A DNA stretch of 64,000 nt from Eledone cirrhosa (GCA_964016885.1 OZ024742.1:270816001-270880000), one strand, 5' to 3'. Counted from the first letter of the stretch, positions 26,159-42,365 are shown. A program made the numbers and translations. Notes: generated by a model not told the origin, from the letters alone.

Positions 26159-28214
26159 TAGAGTTGAGATGGAGGGTCTGTGGTTTTTCACATATATATA
26201 TATATTGCTTATAGTATGAGACGGATGAGAGGCACACGTGACACTTGTTTACATTTTCCGATATTGATGGAGTAAGGTGGTTATCTCCAAATCAGAGATT
26301 TGACCAGAAAGAGAGAAAAAGAATGCATAGACTGAATTCCTCCCAGAGTCCAGTGGTGGAGTAAGGCACGGTATAAGTTTTTCTTAAATAATAGAGTTAA
26401 CTTAGAGTTAACTTAGAATGTTAAGTTAGCTTCGGCAAGTCGATTTGAAATACCAAACGGCCAGAATGCATTATGACGATGGAATGTTGCGTTATATACG
26501 GATGCACAGGAAATAGCATTTCAATATTTTGCGCTAATAAAATTCAATATTTACTTGTATTTACTATCAAATATCATATTAGTCTTTCGACTAGCTGAAC
26601 ATGTTCATTCAGAGCACGGTGTATTTTCAGTTTGGAATTCATTCGTTGTTGACTCATATTTTCATAGAGCCGGGCTCGATAAAAAAGTATTCAAAATGGA
26701 AACTATTCAGTCACATGTACGATTGTTCCTACAGATATATATTGTGTGACGGCTATATAAGAAATCAATATCTGTGTGTGTAAGAGTCAACGACTTTCGA
26801 TTGCGCATTGTAGATAATTGTGATTCTGTCCTGCAGTGGGAGACTGGTATAGTTAGCAGGGCACAATATAGAAATATTATCATTGTGACTTATAACACGA
26901 GATTCTACATCGACGATGCAAATACGTTTTAAATATCATGAATACATTGTAAAATACAATAGATACATAGTGTAGTTTAAAGTGTGAATACAAATTAATA
27001 CTAGACATAATTAATGTTGTGAATTCCATGTCATAAACTTGAAAACATCGAACCATTACAAAGTGTACTTTGAAGGTTGAAATATATAATGACTTTCAAA
27101 GCTGTACCATGTATTAAAAAAATGAGAAATAATTCGCAACATAATACAATATATTTTATTTCATCATCTCATTTTGTTAAACGTATTTTATTAAAAATAT
27201 TTTTAAATACATTATGATAGGTGCAAAGGCATATTTACTAAATTAAGATATTGTAATGAATCAGTTGAAACTTCATACATTTAGTAACACAAAAAATGAT
27301 GTTTCTAACGAATAGTTCGATAATTCTGCATTGTGAGGTCTGTATACAATTGTATTCTTAATAGATATTTATAGATATATTTTAAAAATGCTATTCTTTA
27401 TAGAACAAGTAATAGCAAATTTGAATTTTGAGTGCATGTTGAATATAATTCCGTTTCATGTGCGCAATTAATTATCTTCGTTCCAATATGGACATCTCAG
27501 CATTTATGACTATCCAAATTCGACGGTGCATGCGCATTTATTCATAACTAATTGATGAAAAAAACAAACAACGTGGAGAAAGAAGAAAAACATTGCTAAT
27601 GAACGTGCGACAATATTTGTTAGAGATACAGCTGCTTCTCATTTATCTCAGGTACAGCAAAGATGTAATTCGAATGCATCTAACTAAATGTATAATTACA
27701 TAATACAACCAATGTATTATATAATTATGTTGATCGTCTGCGAACAATTAGCTCATCAGACGTTTGCACAGACACATTTTGTGCTACATTGCCCCCAGGA
27801 AATTATTTGGCTTTTATATACACTATTCTATGGACCAAAAAGCCAAGATAAAGGAAAAGACCGAGTAAATATTCAGTGTATAAGAATAAGAAAATAGGAA
27901 ATAAATACGTAAAAAAAGTACAATTATATACGTAAACATGAAATATAACATTTTAAAATTGTTTTGAAAATGAAATTCAAAGACGAGGATGACTACCGTT
28001 CAGTTGAAAGGAGCATATAGAGGCTGCCTTAAGGGTATTCATGAATGTTTTATTTGCTACCATGACGTATGATAAGACAATCTTGAATATTTAAACCAAA
28101 TCACGTCTGGCATAGAAGAAGCTTTTTGAAGAAAATAATTTAAAAAATAGATGAACAAATATAGACATAAAGTTTAAAATTAAGACAGTCGAAGCACCTT
28201 GCATATTTTAACTT

Positions 28215-30000
28215 ATTACATGGACCACAAATTTGTGATCTTAGAAATTGACTTAGATAGACTCCATAAGCAAGGACCTTGTTATTGCAAAGTAAATGCT
28301 TCATTACCGGCACGAAAAGCTTACAGAGACAGGGTTGGCGAATTAATTAAACGAGCGTTGACGAGGGCAATCATCAACAACAAATGGTGATTTGCCCTGA
28401 AAAGTGTGATTGGAATAGAGTCCATTTGGATTAGAAAACTGTTAGCAATAGACAAAAACAGAGAATGTGAACTAGTTAGAAAGCTAGACAAAACGCTTAG
28501 TAATGGCATCGCGCCCGATGTATTTGCAGCCAGTTTGGCCCTCGTCCTCTCAGACACGAGGGGACGAAAGCCGCTCGATGGGCCCGCGTGGTGGAGACAG
28601 GTCGTGGCAACAAATCAACGAACCGGTATTTGGAGGACAGCAAAGGACGAATGTTACTCGATCCTGAACAGATGTGTTCGGCTTTTAAGCAGCACTTCGC
28701 TCAGCTGTTCGGGGGCAGCTGCGGGCTGGACCGCGGGATGGACTTTAGTGCTTATCTTGACAATCTGCCACGGCTCTCCACCACTGAGTAGCGTTGTGAA
28801 AAGCCGATAGCAGCCGCTGAAGTACGGAGGCAATGACTGGTTGCACGATAGCTAAATCGTTTGGTTTAGATGGTCTGCCCTATCAGCTTCATGTGACCCT
28901 GCCAGACATGTTGCGTGACCTCTTGGCGGCAGAATGGGAAAATTCCCAGCTCTGTGAGCCGAAAGGCCGTGGAGCTGCTTATAAAGGTCCTTAACAAAGG
29001 GGTCAACATAGATAATTTCAGGCCCATAACTCTGCTAAACACAGAGTTCAGGATTTTGGCCAAGGTGCTAGCAAAGAGGTTGGGGCTTGTCATGGGTGGA
29101 TTGGTGGGAGAAGCGCAGATATGCGCCATTCAAGACATATACATGGTCACGAGCAGAGTGGCCTCTCTCATCCAGAAATGGACCGAGAAATGGGCGCGCT
29201 CATACATCATCTCCATCATCTAAAACCGCTTGACCGTCGTGCCCTCTAAGCCTCGCCTGACAGCGCTGGAGCGTTTGCTCTTTCGCCTATTGAAAAGGGA
29301 CGCACATCGATGGTTAGTCGGTCCATTTGCTGTCAACACCCTCTACGTGGAGTGCTCGGCATCCCGGGGTTGATGATGCGCAAACTTGCGCTCAGGCACG
29401 GAATCTCCCGTTGTTCCTCGGCCTTGAACACGTTTGGTCGGCGTTTGCTAGACGCATTTTCCCCCTGCTCGTCTCCTTGACGATGATGCAGTTCTGGTTC
29501 AAAGGAAGACCGATAGGCAGCGCTTGGAGATTGGAATGTCATCAGGAGCTCACATCCCTCGACCAATCGGGGGATGTGATCGGTGTAAACCAAGCCATGG
29601 CGTTCTATAGAAATATAGTTGAAGGAAAGTGCGACGACATCCTTGGGGAGACTCTGTGTGTCATCGGAAATCAACTAGCCAATCGCTTCGGGGGTATCTC
29701 GGGCCAGGGGCCACGGACACTTTCCAGAAATCCCTGGCCTGGCAGTGCTACCAAGGAGATTTACCTGTTCAGTCTAATCTCTGCAAGCATGGAATTGCCG
29801 TCAATCAGGCCCGTCCGAGGTGCGCGCAGGGTGATGAAAACTTTCTGCACACATTTGTCCAGTGTCTGAGTATTGCTGACATGTGAATTTATGTCGAGTA
29901 CCTACTGCCACATGTACAACGGATCCGACTCTCTACTGAGTCCATTGTGAACATCACCGCGCCGTCCTGTTATAGAGAGGAAGGGCAGCCATTGGGGAAG
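28215..30000 (+). mobile_element. Tx1/L1-like LINE ORF2 fragment with internal deletions
   Basis: DHKFV (end of APE endonuclease), NFRPITLLNTEFRILAKVLAKRL..Q.CAI, FQKSLAWQCY..PRCAQGDE..HTFVQC. Colinear with 62.4-64.0 kb. Confidence 0.9.
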
Positions 30001-30049
30001 TGGTTAAGTTTGTCTTAAATGTTTATTTTCTTAGTCTCTTTTATAAATG

Positions 30050-30210
30050 AATGTTTCCTAGCTCATTACTGGTAATTTATTTTATCGACACAGTTAGGAT
30101 GAAAGGCAAAGTTAACATCGGTGGGATTTAAAATTAGACCGTAAATTGCTGTAATTATTTGCTGCAAAGCATAGCATCTGACCTTCTACCGATACTGCCG
30201 ATCCACCGCC
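30050..30210 (-). mobile_element. tRNA-head SINE
   Basis: Diverged copy of the 7017 family. Confidence 0.75.
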
Positions 30211-30273
30211 AATCTACTTGCAAACAAACCGAATATTAATATTCGCTTTGTTTGTTTGCAAGAGCCTTATAAT

Positions 30274-30508
30274 CACCACATGTTAGGTGACAACGTCAAT
30301 CTTTTGTCCAGCGAATGCAAATGAGGCAATCAGCCAAAGTATACATTTGAGAATACTATCTAAGCTTAGCAGTTCTAGTGGGTAGCAGTGAGCAGAATAC
30401 ACAATCTTGACAAGGAGCAAATCATTCCTAAACACTTGTCAATTGTCGATTGCTTTCTCTCAGCTACCGCTAGAACAAAAGAATAACTCTGTCATCTAAC
30501 ACATGGTG
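30274..30508. mobile_element. MITE-like element with ~19-bp TIRs
   Basis: CACCACATGTTAGGTGACA pairs with TGTCATCTAACACATGGTG. Confidence 0.55.
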
Positions 30509-30571
30509 CTTTTTATGCCGTTTTTTGTAAACAACATGAATATTAATAATATGATATTATTATAATATTAT

Positions 30572-30768
30572 TGCGGTGGATTGGTAGTATTGGTAGAGGA
30601 TCGGGTGCTATGCTTTGCAGATTCGAGTTACGGCCTATTACAGTATGATTTCAAATCCCACTATGTTAACTTTATCTTTCATCCTTACTGGGTCGATAAA
30701 ATAAAGCACGTGTAATACACTCGGGTAATTGCTGATCTTGTGCCAAAAGTAGAAACAATTATTATTAT
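30572..30768 (+). mobile_element. tRNA-head SINE, full length
   Basis: GCGGTGGATTGGTAGTATTGGTAGAG...TTCAAATCCC...GTGCCAAAAGTAGAAACAATTATTATT. Confidence 0.8.
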
Positions 30769-30814
30769 GGTATTACTATTCTCTCACGAATTTGTATGTA
30801 TACATTGCAAATTT

Positions 30815-31620
30815 GAAGAATTATTAGATAAAATATATCCAGTCTTTCCTCACCCTAGTCCGTAGAAATCAACTAGATAAATAATAATTTAAACGGAGCT
30901 ATGAGTTTAAAATGTAACTGTGAAGAAATAATAGATCAATGATACAGACTATTTTCCGCGAGGAACAGTCAGATAAAATTCATCCAGTCTTTCCTCTTAG
31001 CCCGTATAAATTAACTAGAGAAATAATCAATTAAACGGAGCTAAGTTAGAAGTAAAATGCACATAAACTTCACCAAAATTCCTCTAATCACGGCTATCGA
31101 TATTTTCGCTCGTACTTTGGGGATATATCCGGTCGTGGTATTATCCATGAAGCTTAGAGCTTATCAAGAGACCCCCTCAGGTTTGGACTAAAGTTTCTAC
31201 AGTGATGACCGCCAAAAGATGAATTCAAAAAGGGCTAAGAATCATCAGGTGGCTAGTGGTCAAAGTAGAAAGTTGTGAATGGTGGTCAGGTGGCAGGTAG
31301 GCTGGCTGCTAGAAAGAGCAGTCAGATACCGCCTAAAGTTTTACTCTACCAAATGGGAGTATATATTAAATTCATAGGGATATATGTATATATTTAGACA
31401 TATATTTTGACATAGTCACAGATACATATATGAGTGTGGCTAACTTTCCGGTGTGGCTCAATGAAAACATTTAATTAAGCAAATAATTATTAATCAGAGC
31501 TAAATATAAAATTGCAAGTATGAAGAATTATTAGATGAAATATATCCAGTCATTCCTCACCCTAGTCCGTAGAAATCAACTAGAAGAATAATCATTTAAA
31601 CGGAGCAATGAGTTTAAATA
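30815..31620. repeat. Three dispersed direct copies of a ~90-bp sequence (30815, 30970, 31522)
   Basis: ATCCAGTCTTTCCTCACCCTAGTCCGTAGAAATCAACTAG...AAACGGAGC is repeated. Confidence 0.8.
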
Positions 31621-31913
31621 TAAATATATTTCGTGAAATAATCTTTTCAAGACTATACAGAGCATTTGTAGTTGTCCCAAATTGAAGGATGAGTATTTTA
31701 AACTTTATTTTATCATGAGGTAAGGCTCTATTGATTTCTCCCTGGATTTCACTAAATTCTGTTGGATAAATCTATATCCTGATTCTTTTTTGAATTGAGT
31801 TTGAATTATTTTTCCCACATGTTACGTTCACTATTTTCCCATTTTGACGCTATAGTCACTTATATATTATGGAATGCTGTTGGCTTCTTGCTACAATACT
31901 TTCTATACCTTTC

Positions 31914-31983
<70 letters not shown>

Positions 31984-32563
31984 TTTGGTTACAGCAAGGG
32001 TTGTTCAAAAAGTGTCCTAAATATTTAGGGCATTATGTTCATTTATTTATAAGAGAACAATTTGAAAATATTTAGTAGACTTATTTCGTTAGTCAACATC
32101 CGAATCAGGTATAGAAAAAAATTATATATATGGAGTTAAGGATATTTTCTCACATATATATAGTATATGTATATAGTTATCTATTATTTTTCTAATAATG
32201 TTCTAAATTTTAATTTGTATCGGAAGCGTTACTGATTGTATAATGTTGAGACATTTCAAATGGAGTGTTTTCAAATCTAATTCCACATATCGATATGTTA
32301 CGATGTCACTTTGTTTATGTCCCTTGTCTAAAACCCTTTACATAAACTGTGTTTCATATCTTTGTGATCATTTATATATAATTATTTATAATTTCGTACC
32401 TGTTCTAGTTAGCTGTTGTGATGGAGTGAGGTAGAAATTATTGTATATACATTTAAATAGTGAGAGAGAGGGGGGTAGATGGAGAGAGGGAAATGGATGG
32501 ATGGATGGATTATTTTATTGTTTGATTGATTTATTGAGCCATACTGCAGAGTAAAGGAGTATA

Positions 32564-32612
<49 letters not shown>

Positions 32613-32672
32613 GGAGAGAGAGAGTGAGATGGGAGACATAATTATAGAGAGGGGGGAGAGCGTGAGTTACAG

Positions 32673-32780
<108 letters not shown>

Positions 32781-33516
32781 ATGAAGCTAGTAGCTTAGAA
32801 TATAGTATATACCGACCGAACAGAAAATAATTTCTGGGTTGAAATTGACGTCAGTCTAATATATGTCTTTTATGCAACCAGTGTTGTTAAAAGAAGCAAG
32901 GGTAACATACTGAATTCGATTAAATTATTGTTACTTCCTTGTACTTATTTGTGGCATCAGATAATTTGCACAAAAGCGATATTATAGATAGAGCAACTTC
33001 CCTTTGTTTTTGTTTATTACATTCGCAAATATATGTGAACTGCTAAACATACAACGCAGAGGTTTTCACGATATACAAATATTAACAAATGTGATAAAGA
33101 ACGAGATAATTATAACAAGAAATGTTTTCATCCGTTTCCTGTTAACAGTTAACTTCAATTTGCTCCTTTATATCATCAAATTATGTGAACATTAATATAA
33201 TACACAATTCGTTGCATACTCTCCACTAAAATGTGGACTTGTTACGAGAAACTGTTTGAATCAATTTTTGTCAATATAAACACTTCCATCTAAGCACAAT
33301 CTTAATTAACTTTTGTTGATGAAAGGAAACTCCTTGTATATGAAAAAAAAAACAAATACTACATGGTTTATAGATAGTTTACATTACGTTAAGCTAACAT
33401 CGGCCAATTCGCACGGTATCAGCTTTTATATGCTTTGTGCTTAAACACTACCTTGCCGAATTTAAAATTAATCACATTAGGTCGATAAATAAAATAGCAG
33501 AACTTACTGAGGCATT

Positions 33517-33645
<129 letters not shown>

Positions 33646-35301
33646 CTGGGACGTTGTAGTAGCTAATCCAAGTATATCTTTCACTACCATTCTGTGATCA
33701 ACAAAATAAGAGATCTAATGTAAATCATATTATATTAGACGTTATAAGCAGCATGTATACACCGCTTACTTGACCCCGGAGACAACGATTTAATTCGGGA
33801 GTCGCGTGTGATGTATATTGTACATTCTCTAAATATTGTTAGCTTATTTAGTCAACAGTGAGACAATGATGCCAAGGCATATACAATTAGTTGCCTTAAA
33901 ATGAATCAAAAAAGAATTGAATACATTGCAATTCACCCAACTAGTAACATTAATATAGTTAGCCTCTAGCAACATCCTTGTACAAACTCAGTCTTAAAAG
34001 GGCCACTAAATATTAGAGCAAGTGCTTTGTTGACTTCCTTCTATTGTAACTGAATTCGGAAAGCAGTTACGGATTGAGTTTGTCAAGTTGCATTCAATTA
34101 TGTGAACATAAATTTAGTTTTATACTCAGACAACTTGTGAGAAACCTATTCCGTTCCTAACTACATGGAATATATTCTTTGCGGCTTTAATAGCAGCAGT
34201 TTATGGCATCAGAAAAAAAAAAGAGTTTAATATTTGTTTAAATCATATATTCTGACATATTTTACTTAAATATCCACAAATAATTGTTTATTTCGAAAAC
34301 AAAAGTATATTAGGAATTGTAATAAAATAAAATTTTTATGCGCACAAATTCAATAATATATGTTTATACATTGCTAATATGAATAAACGCATAGAAAATA
34401 TCGGAAATGAAAATAAATCTATCGAACCTTATGAACATTACTGCAATAAATTGGTCTGTATATGTAATCAGATTTGCCGTCCCTTCCTTTTTATCACCAA
34501 AGCAAGCAGAATTTTTCTAATATATTTGATGTTGAATATGTAAGCATCACACACACATGCACATACTCATATGAACACATATGCAGCCAAGCACGCAATT
34601 ACACACATATATGAATATATATATATATTATCAAGAAAACGAAAATTCAGTGATGGATTTGGACTTAGTTTATTTCGTGTTACAAATGTTTCGCCGGCAT
34701 GTAGCTCGAGTCATGGTCCTTGTATGGATCTGGCTGATTCTACCTCTGCGGGTTCTTTCTGACACGGGTGTTATGTCCGGATCAGATGTTATCATCAAAA
34801 CAACACCCTCAAAAAACCCTCTATCCACTCTTGTCATGCCATTGGCTGTTTTTACTGCACGTCATCACAAGTTCTGGTCAGATCTGCTGCCACACGGTTC
34901 ATCAACCTTTTTCCGTCCGACACATTTCAATGGAGTCATGCTGGGTTCAGTACTTCACACGTCTGCTCACACTTCAGGGTAGGCACCCACACATACTAGA
35001 ATAAAAACATAACACACACATATTCAGTCACATACCTATCTATGCATTCACACTCGTACGTCTACATGCGCAGACACACACACGGCCACATACATACATC
35101 GCAGTATATATACTCACACACCCTCTCTTCCTCACTCCCATAGACCCAGTCACACACACTTGTTGATACATGCGGCCATGAGCCTTCTGACTGTTCTGTA
35201 TCAATTGGGTAAGCATGTCCTATTCAAACGTACACATGTATACATACACATGCGCGCACACACACATACGGCCAACCTTCTATACATTTAAATATATATA
35301 T

Positions 35302-35375
<74 letters not shown>

Positions 35376-35464
35376 GCTCATACATACGCATATATACATA
35401 CACACATACATTCACATACATACACACCTACGTGTAAACACATATATATACACACTTTGGATTT

Positions 35465-35524
35465 TTTCATTCTGATGAATCAAAGCAATATCGTTTGCTT
35501 TAAAGAAACGACTGGTAAACGAAA
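35465..35524 (+). ncRNA. Type I hammerhead motif at the 3' end of a pLTR-like fragment
   Basis: TTTCATT-CTGATGA-..AAAGCAA/TTGCTTT..-GAAAC-GACTG-GTA-AACGAAA. Stem I pairs at 6 of 7 positions. Confidence 0.65.
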
Positions 35525-35679
35525 TAATTATCTTATGTTGTTCATTAGATAACTATATGTATATATATACATATATATATACACACATATACATACATAC
35601 ACACACATATATACAGAAACGTAAACTCGCACATGTCCGCACACATATACGTGCATAAACATTGCCTACACACGTACCT

Positions 35680-35756
<77 letters not shown>

Positions 35757-36003
35757 TGTGTATATACACACAACCATATATACACACAACCATCGATTAC
35801 CTGCAATTACAGAAATTTATAAATTCCTAAATTTATGAATTTATTATAATAAATTGAAGTGAAAGCTTCTGTTGCGTTTGTTTCTTATTGGCAACATGAC
35901 CCTCCCAAAGTATTACAATATATATGTATATATATATATATATATATGGGCAGCATGGGCGTGCATTTGTGCGCTTATGTTAGTTGATATATTAAATTAT
36001 CTA

Positions 36004-36136
<133 letters not shown>

Positions 36137-36478
36137 ATGTAAATATATATACCACATTTTATATAATATATTTCATTGTATATTTTTCTTATGTTATTAC
36201 ACTGCTTTATTTTATTATAGTGTTTTATGTTATTATACTGTTTTTTATTGCATAATGTATTTTCAACTGTTCACTTACATGTGTGTTTATATATGTACAT
36301 GTATATGCGGTGGCACTTCTGTGTGTGTAGGCAGATGTGCATCCATGCGGCAGCATGTATGCGTACGCACGTGTAGATGTATATATATTGGCCTATGCGT
36401 GGGTATTTGTATGTATATGTATGTATGTGCGTAGGCAATGTAAGTTGTCCTTTTTCCTTTTTTGTGTGTATATATGGG

Positions 36479-36511
<33 letters not shown>

Positions 36512-36720
36512 TATATATAATGTAGGAGGTGAGTTATATATATATATAATGTAGGAGGTGAGTTTTATTGTAGTACAATAAAGCAATGCAGATATCGGAT
36601 AATAAGCACTCTACAGTTTGTAGGACTGGAGTATACATAATATATAAGAACAAAAGATGGTTAAAAGAGTTCCATTTGCATAATAAAATACATGGAACTC
36701 TTTTAACCATCTTTTGTTCT

Positions 36721-36787
<67 letters not shown>

Positions 36788-37059
36788 CGTGTGTGTGTGT
36801 AGGTACGTGTGTAGGCAATGTTTATGTACGTATGTGTTCGTATGTGTGTGCGGACATATGCGAGTTTAACTGTGTGTATATATATGTGTGTGTATGTATG
36901 TAAATGTATGTGTGTATGTATATATGCGTATGTATGAGCGGGTGTATATATATATATATAAATATATATAAATATATATAAATATACATAAATATATATA
37001 AATATATATATATAATTTAAATGCATAGAAGTTTGGCTGTATGTTTGTGTGCGCCCATG

Positions 37060-37900
37060 CGGATCTCCTTGTTAAAACTTACCGGTAAAGTATATGCGAT
37101 GTTTCTGGAAAAGAGAGGTAGGGATATTGTCAAAACAACGCTAGCTGATGAACAGTGTTGTTTCCGTCCCGGACGCAGCAAATCTGACTCAATATTCCGA
37201 CTGTCTTCGAAAATTTGTCGGAGTATTACCAAGAAGTATATTCTTCTTTTGACGATCTTGCTAAGCCATATGACCACATTCCTTGGGACCTGTTGTGAAA
37301 GGCTAAGCAGGAACATGGGATTGATTGTCAGCTTCATGCTGCCCAGATGTCTCTATAAGAATACCCTTGTATTAGTGTTTGGATATATGGTGTTAAATTG
37401 AAACCATACAATGGGGAAATCGGACACCACCAAGGGTGCGTACAGTCACCTCTCCTGTTCACTATTTAGATGTGCAGAGTGTTTGAAGTGGTATCATTAT
37501 TGGAGTGTGTAAAATAAGTCGGCTAGAATTTGTAGACGACATGGTGTTACTTAACACGACAGAAGATAATCTTCCATTTGCAATTGATAGGTTTGATGCC
37601 GAGCGCTGCATGGCAGGAATGAAAATCAAATTTGCATAAACTGAGACACTCATCATCGCAAGAAACCCAACCCAATGCACGCTATATGTGAATTGATTTC
37701 CACTGAAGTATGTAAATAAGTTTAATTATCTCAGGAGGCAAGAATTGCAAAAGCCGGTGCAGTAATATGCTAGCTTCAGCATTTAATAATCCAAAGAAGG
37801 GAGGTGGCCATGGAGTCCAACCTCGTTATCTTCAATTCGATTTTCGTTCCAATCCTTGCCTATTATCATGAGTCTTGGGTAATGACGAAAGATTACGATC
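37060..37900 (+). mobile_element. RTE-like LINE reverse transcriptase remnant
   Basis: ISLLKLTGKVYAMFLEKR..EQCCFRPGRS..D, DLAKPYD, QGCVQSPLLF, EFVDDMVL. Confidence 0.8.
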
Positions 37901-38059
37901 GGTTACTTCTAACAAGACCCACCGCAAGGAGTGATTGAAGACTCTTCCCTGACGACCGTCTCAAGATATGACAGTTGTATTTCTGCATTGTAGTATATCT
38001 GATATTTTACATTGAGGTAAATATGTGTCTGACAGTCTGCACAAATATGTGTCTGACAG

Positions 38060-38410
38060 TAGGTAGCCAATGCTCAAAATTGTAGTGAAAGAGAAGACAG
38101 TAGACCAGGGGATGTCCAAGGAAGAAATAACAGCTGGGAGGAAGAGCAACCTTCGTGGACAATCTCTCCATATCACCTTCTTTAAGAAAACAGAATTCAG
38201 AGATCCACAGACATAGAACTGGTTAAAAAGAGGAGACCTTAGAAAAGCTACAGAAGGAATGCTAATGGCTGCGTAAGAGCAAGCCCTCAGAACGAAGTGG
38301 GTGAAACACTACATAGACAAGGAAGTGGTTAGCTCACTGTGCAGGAGCTGTGGAGAGAGAGGGGTGAGGGTGATTAACATAGTATCTGAGTGTAAACAGC
38401 TAGCCCAGAC
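38060..38410 (+). mobile_element. R4/Dong-like (REL-type) non-LTR retrotransposon fragment
   Basis: WLKRGDLRKATEGMLMAA*EQALRTKWVKHYIDK..LCRSCGE...IVSECKQLAQ (region preceding the REL endonuclease, CCHC knuckle). Confidence 0.75.
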
Positions 38411-38699
38411 AAGAAGAAGAAGAAGAAGAAGAAGAAGAAGAAGGAGGAGGAGGAGGAGGAGGAGGAGGAGGAGGAGGAGGAGGAGGAGGAGGAGGAGGAG
38501 GAGAGAAGAAGAAGAAGAAGAAGAAGAAGAAGAAGAAGAAGAAGAAGAAGAAGAAGAAGAAGAAGAAGAAGAAGAAGAAGAAGAAGAATTGTTGCTATTA
38601 TTTGTTCTGCTTTACACAATTGAAGTGAAAGCCAACAAATATTTATGTTTCATTGACAATATGACCTTCCCAACGTATAAACATATTTATTTATAAAAT

Positions 38700-40320
38700 T
38701 TTGGAATATTAATTGCTAGAAATAACTACCTCATTCAATTGCTATGAATATCTAAAAGGAATGAAGGAAAGGATTCCGTCGGAGGTGTTGGATTCCTAAT
38801 GTCTCGTGAACGCATTACAAAATTTGCCATAAAGATCAAATAACTGCATGATTTTTGAACATCAAATCATGTAACCGCTGTTATCAGCTGCTATAAATGA
38901 AGTCGATGAATTTTACAAAGACCTTAAGTCTGTCTGCAGTCACGTGCCTGCTCATAAACACTTGATAATCTGTGGTCACATCAATGATAAACTGGAAATA
39001 TTTGATACAATACTGTCTTTTGCCACCTAAATTAATCGAAATGGGTTAAAGTTATTGATGAACAACGAATACTTTATTCATGAACAAACCAAATAATTTT
39101 GGGGCTATTCAATACCCTTCTAGATGCAGGACTCAGCTGGAATATATCTTAGGAGGAAGGACAACAGCATTAAAATGTGCCGTTCACGGCAAAATAAAAA
39201 ATACATCCACTTGTGTGCACAGAAGAAGCGACAAAGAAAATTATTTGAATCACATTGACTGGCATGTTGTTAGAAATGATGACAACTTTTCAAACTACGC
39301 TGTTTCAGTATTTAATCACTTAATATCCAGAACACCCAAATGCAATTGCCGAATACAATTTCACCAAAGAACGTGCGGATGATATTGCTCTTAACACATT
39401 ACACCCACACAACGTAAAAGAACAACAAAAACAGTGTGGTTTACACCAAGGATGGAGTAAGAAATGCAAACTATGAACTTACTAAAGCAAATAATGAATT
39501 TAACTCGTGTCCAACATTGGAGAACAAAGCAAAAGTCCCAAGAGCTCAAAACGATCTTCAGGCAACTTATGATAGTGCTACTTAAAACAAAAATCCCAAC
39601 GTATCCGATCAACACAGAGCTGGTCACGATGCGGCGGTTTGGGTATCTATTAATGAGATAAGCGCTACAAAGGACAACTATTCTTTCAAATTTCAATGTC
39701 GCTCTGCTCCAAAGCGTAAATCTATATGGTGAAGAGCTTTTTGTAAAAACTACCAAGTTAATACCTCATCTTCCCAAGATTAAGGTTTCTGATCCACACA
39801 GTATTGTTAAAACCCCCTTCGCAATTGTATTACTGTCGGCTCTTCCCGAAGCTCTACCTAAAAATAAAGCCATTATTCCGGAAAATATACTAGTAATTAT
39901 TTGGGAAAGTTAAAAATGTCTACACTCTCCTTGAAATCTCAAAAAATCGTGAGGTAATGTTTGATACACTGCCGCATTATGGCAATCCGGAAAATATAAT
40001 TAAAACAATAAGAGCATTATATACCAGCACAAAATCATGACTTGCATCCAACGATGGAGACACAGACTATTTCGTTTTAGTGGATGGTGTTCTTCAAGTG
40101 TATTCTCTAGTCCTATTATTCTTTATAATTATTTTGGATTATATCATATGTATTTTATTATTTGGGGATAAGACGAAAGGGTTACTGCTTAAGTCTGGAA
40201 GAAGCAGAAACTATCGTGGTTTGTTTGTCACTGATCTAGAATTTGCTGATAACTTTGCTCTCTCTCAAACCCAGCCGCGAATGCTCGATAGCACGTTCAT
40301 TGCTAGAATGAACTGGTGCT
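38700..40320 (+). mobile_element. Heavily decayed APE-RT LINE (RTE/RTEX-like)
   Basis: GGVGFLMS, EVDEFYKDL, NRNG, GVLQ..LFFIIILDYI, DLEFADN. Confidence 0.65.
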
Positions 40321-40337
40321 CATGGTAGTCAATACTG

Positions 40338-40585
40338 CAAGGGCGTGCAACAGGTGGCCCGCGGACCACAATTCGGCCCGTTGTAACCCTTATACATTTT
40401 CTCTTATTTGGCCTGTTCTCAATGACTTCACTTATAGAGTTAAGTGTGTTATAATTTCCCAGTCCCATACTTTGGAAAGAAGTTGTGGTGAATTTTTGGA
40501 ATAGTGCGTAATAAATATTAATGGCCCTAATAGTTGTTCCAATGTTCAAAAGTGGCTCACCAATGAAATATGTTGCACACCCCTG
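40338..40585. mobile_element. hAT (Charlie-like) MITE
   Basis: TIRs CAAGGGCGTGCAAC / GTTGCACACCCCTG, subterminal GGCCCGCGG..CGGCCCG, and 8-bp TSD CAATACTG / CTCTACTG. Confidence 0.8.
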
Positions 40586-40649
40586 CTCTACTGCAATGAC
40601 TAAAAAGCTGAGTTTACCTCAACGGAAACTGGCGTTATCATTGATACAC

Positions 40650-41389
<740 letters not shown>

Positions 41390-41805
41390 CCTCGATGTCA
41401 CGTGATTGATTCTTTTGAATTTGCCACCGACCATGTAGGCAATGATTTTTTCAATGTCTTGGTACTTAGTCCACGCTTTGCTTTTTTCCATCCACTGAAT
41501 TATTTTTGTATAAGTTCCCTGTGTCCACGCATTGCCTGGGAACTTAGCTGAGAATAGACTTCTCTGATGACGAAAGGATTTCTCCGTGTTGTTCCATTCG
41601 GAAACCATGTTTATTCCCTTTCAGAAACTAATTAGTTGGAGTGAAATTTTAGTAAGTAAGTTAATTTTTATAATTTTCTTATTTTACGTCTTACATAGTA
41701 TTGTTATGCATCCCCTTGCATTGAACCACAAAGTTACTAAGACAATACCTATATATTTGCTAGCATATGTATGCATCTGTATATATATGTTGGTAGATAT
41801 ACTAA

Positions 41806-41876
<71 letters not shown>

Positions 41877-42278
41877 TATACGTATGCACACGTATAATAT
41901 GGGGCTTCCAGTTTCATTTCACATTGTATACATGTCTGTGTATATTTTAATTATTTAAAAATATTGTAAGTGAACATGACCAAATGGGTCACGGATGGTC
42001 TAGTAACCATTAGACATATACAGGATTATATTCCTTTCAAAATAGTACAAATATCTAAGAAACCCACTGACAGGCATTTCGTTAAAATGGCTGGCTGAAC
42101 AGTAATTTGTATTTTGTCCAATTTTATTTTTCTTCTTCCGCTCTATCTTTTCATTTCTTCTTCTATTTCTCATTCTAACTTCCGATGAAAGGCTAATGTT
42201 CTAAATGGTAAGAGACTTTTCCTATTCTACAAACGTTAAACTAATGTATTTCTTCACAATACTGTATTGTTTGCTTTG

Positions 42279-42365
<87 letters not shown>

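Noticed and set aside
26440-26720. THAP/P-element-like fragment (CCVIYGC...)
   Set aside because: Similarity is too faint and discontinuous.
34655-34710. Minus-strand GAAAC-ATTT-GTA with upstream hairpin
   Set aside because: The CUGANGA core is not recognisable; too decayed to call.
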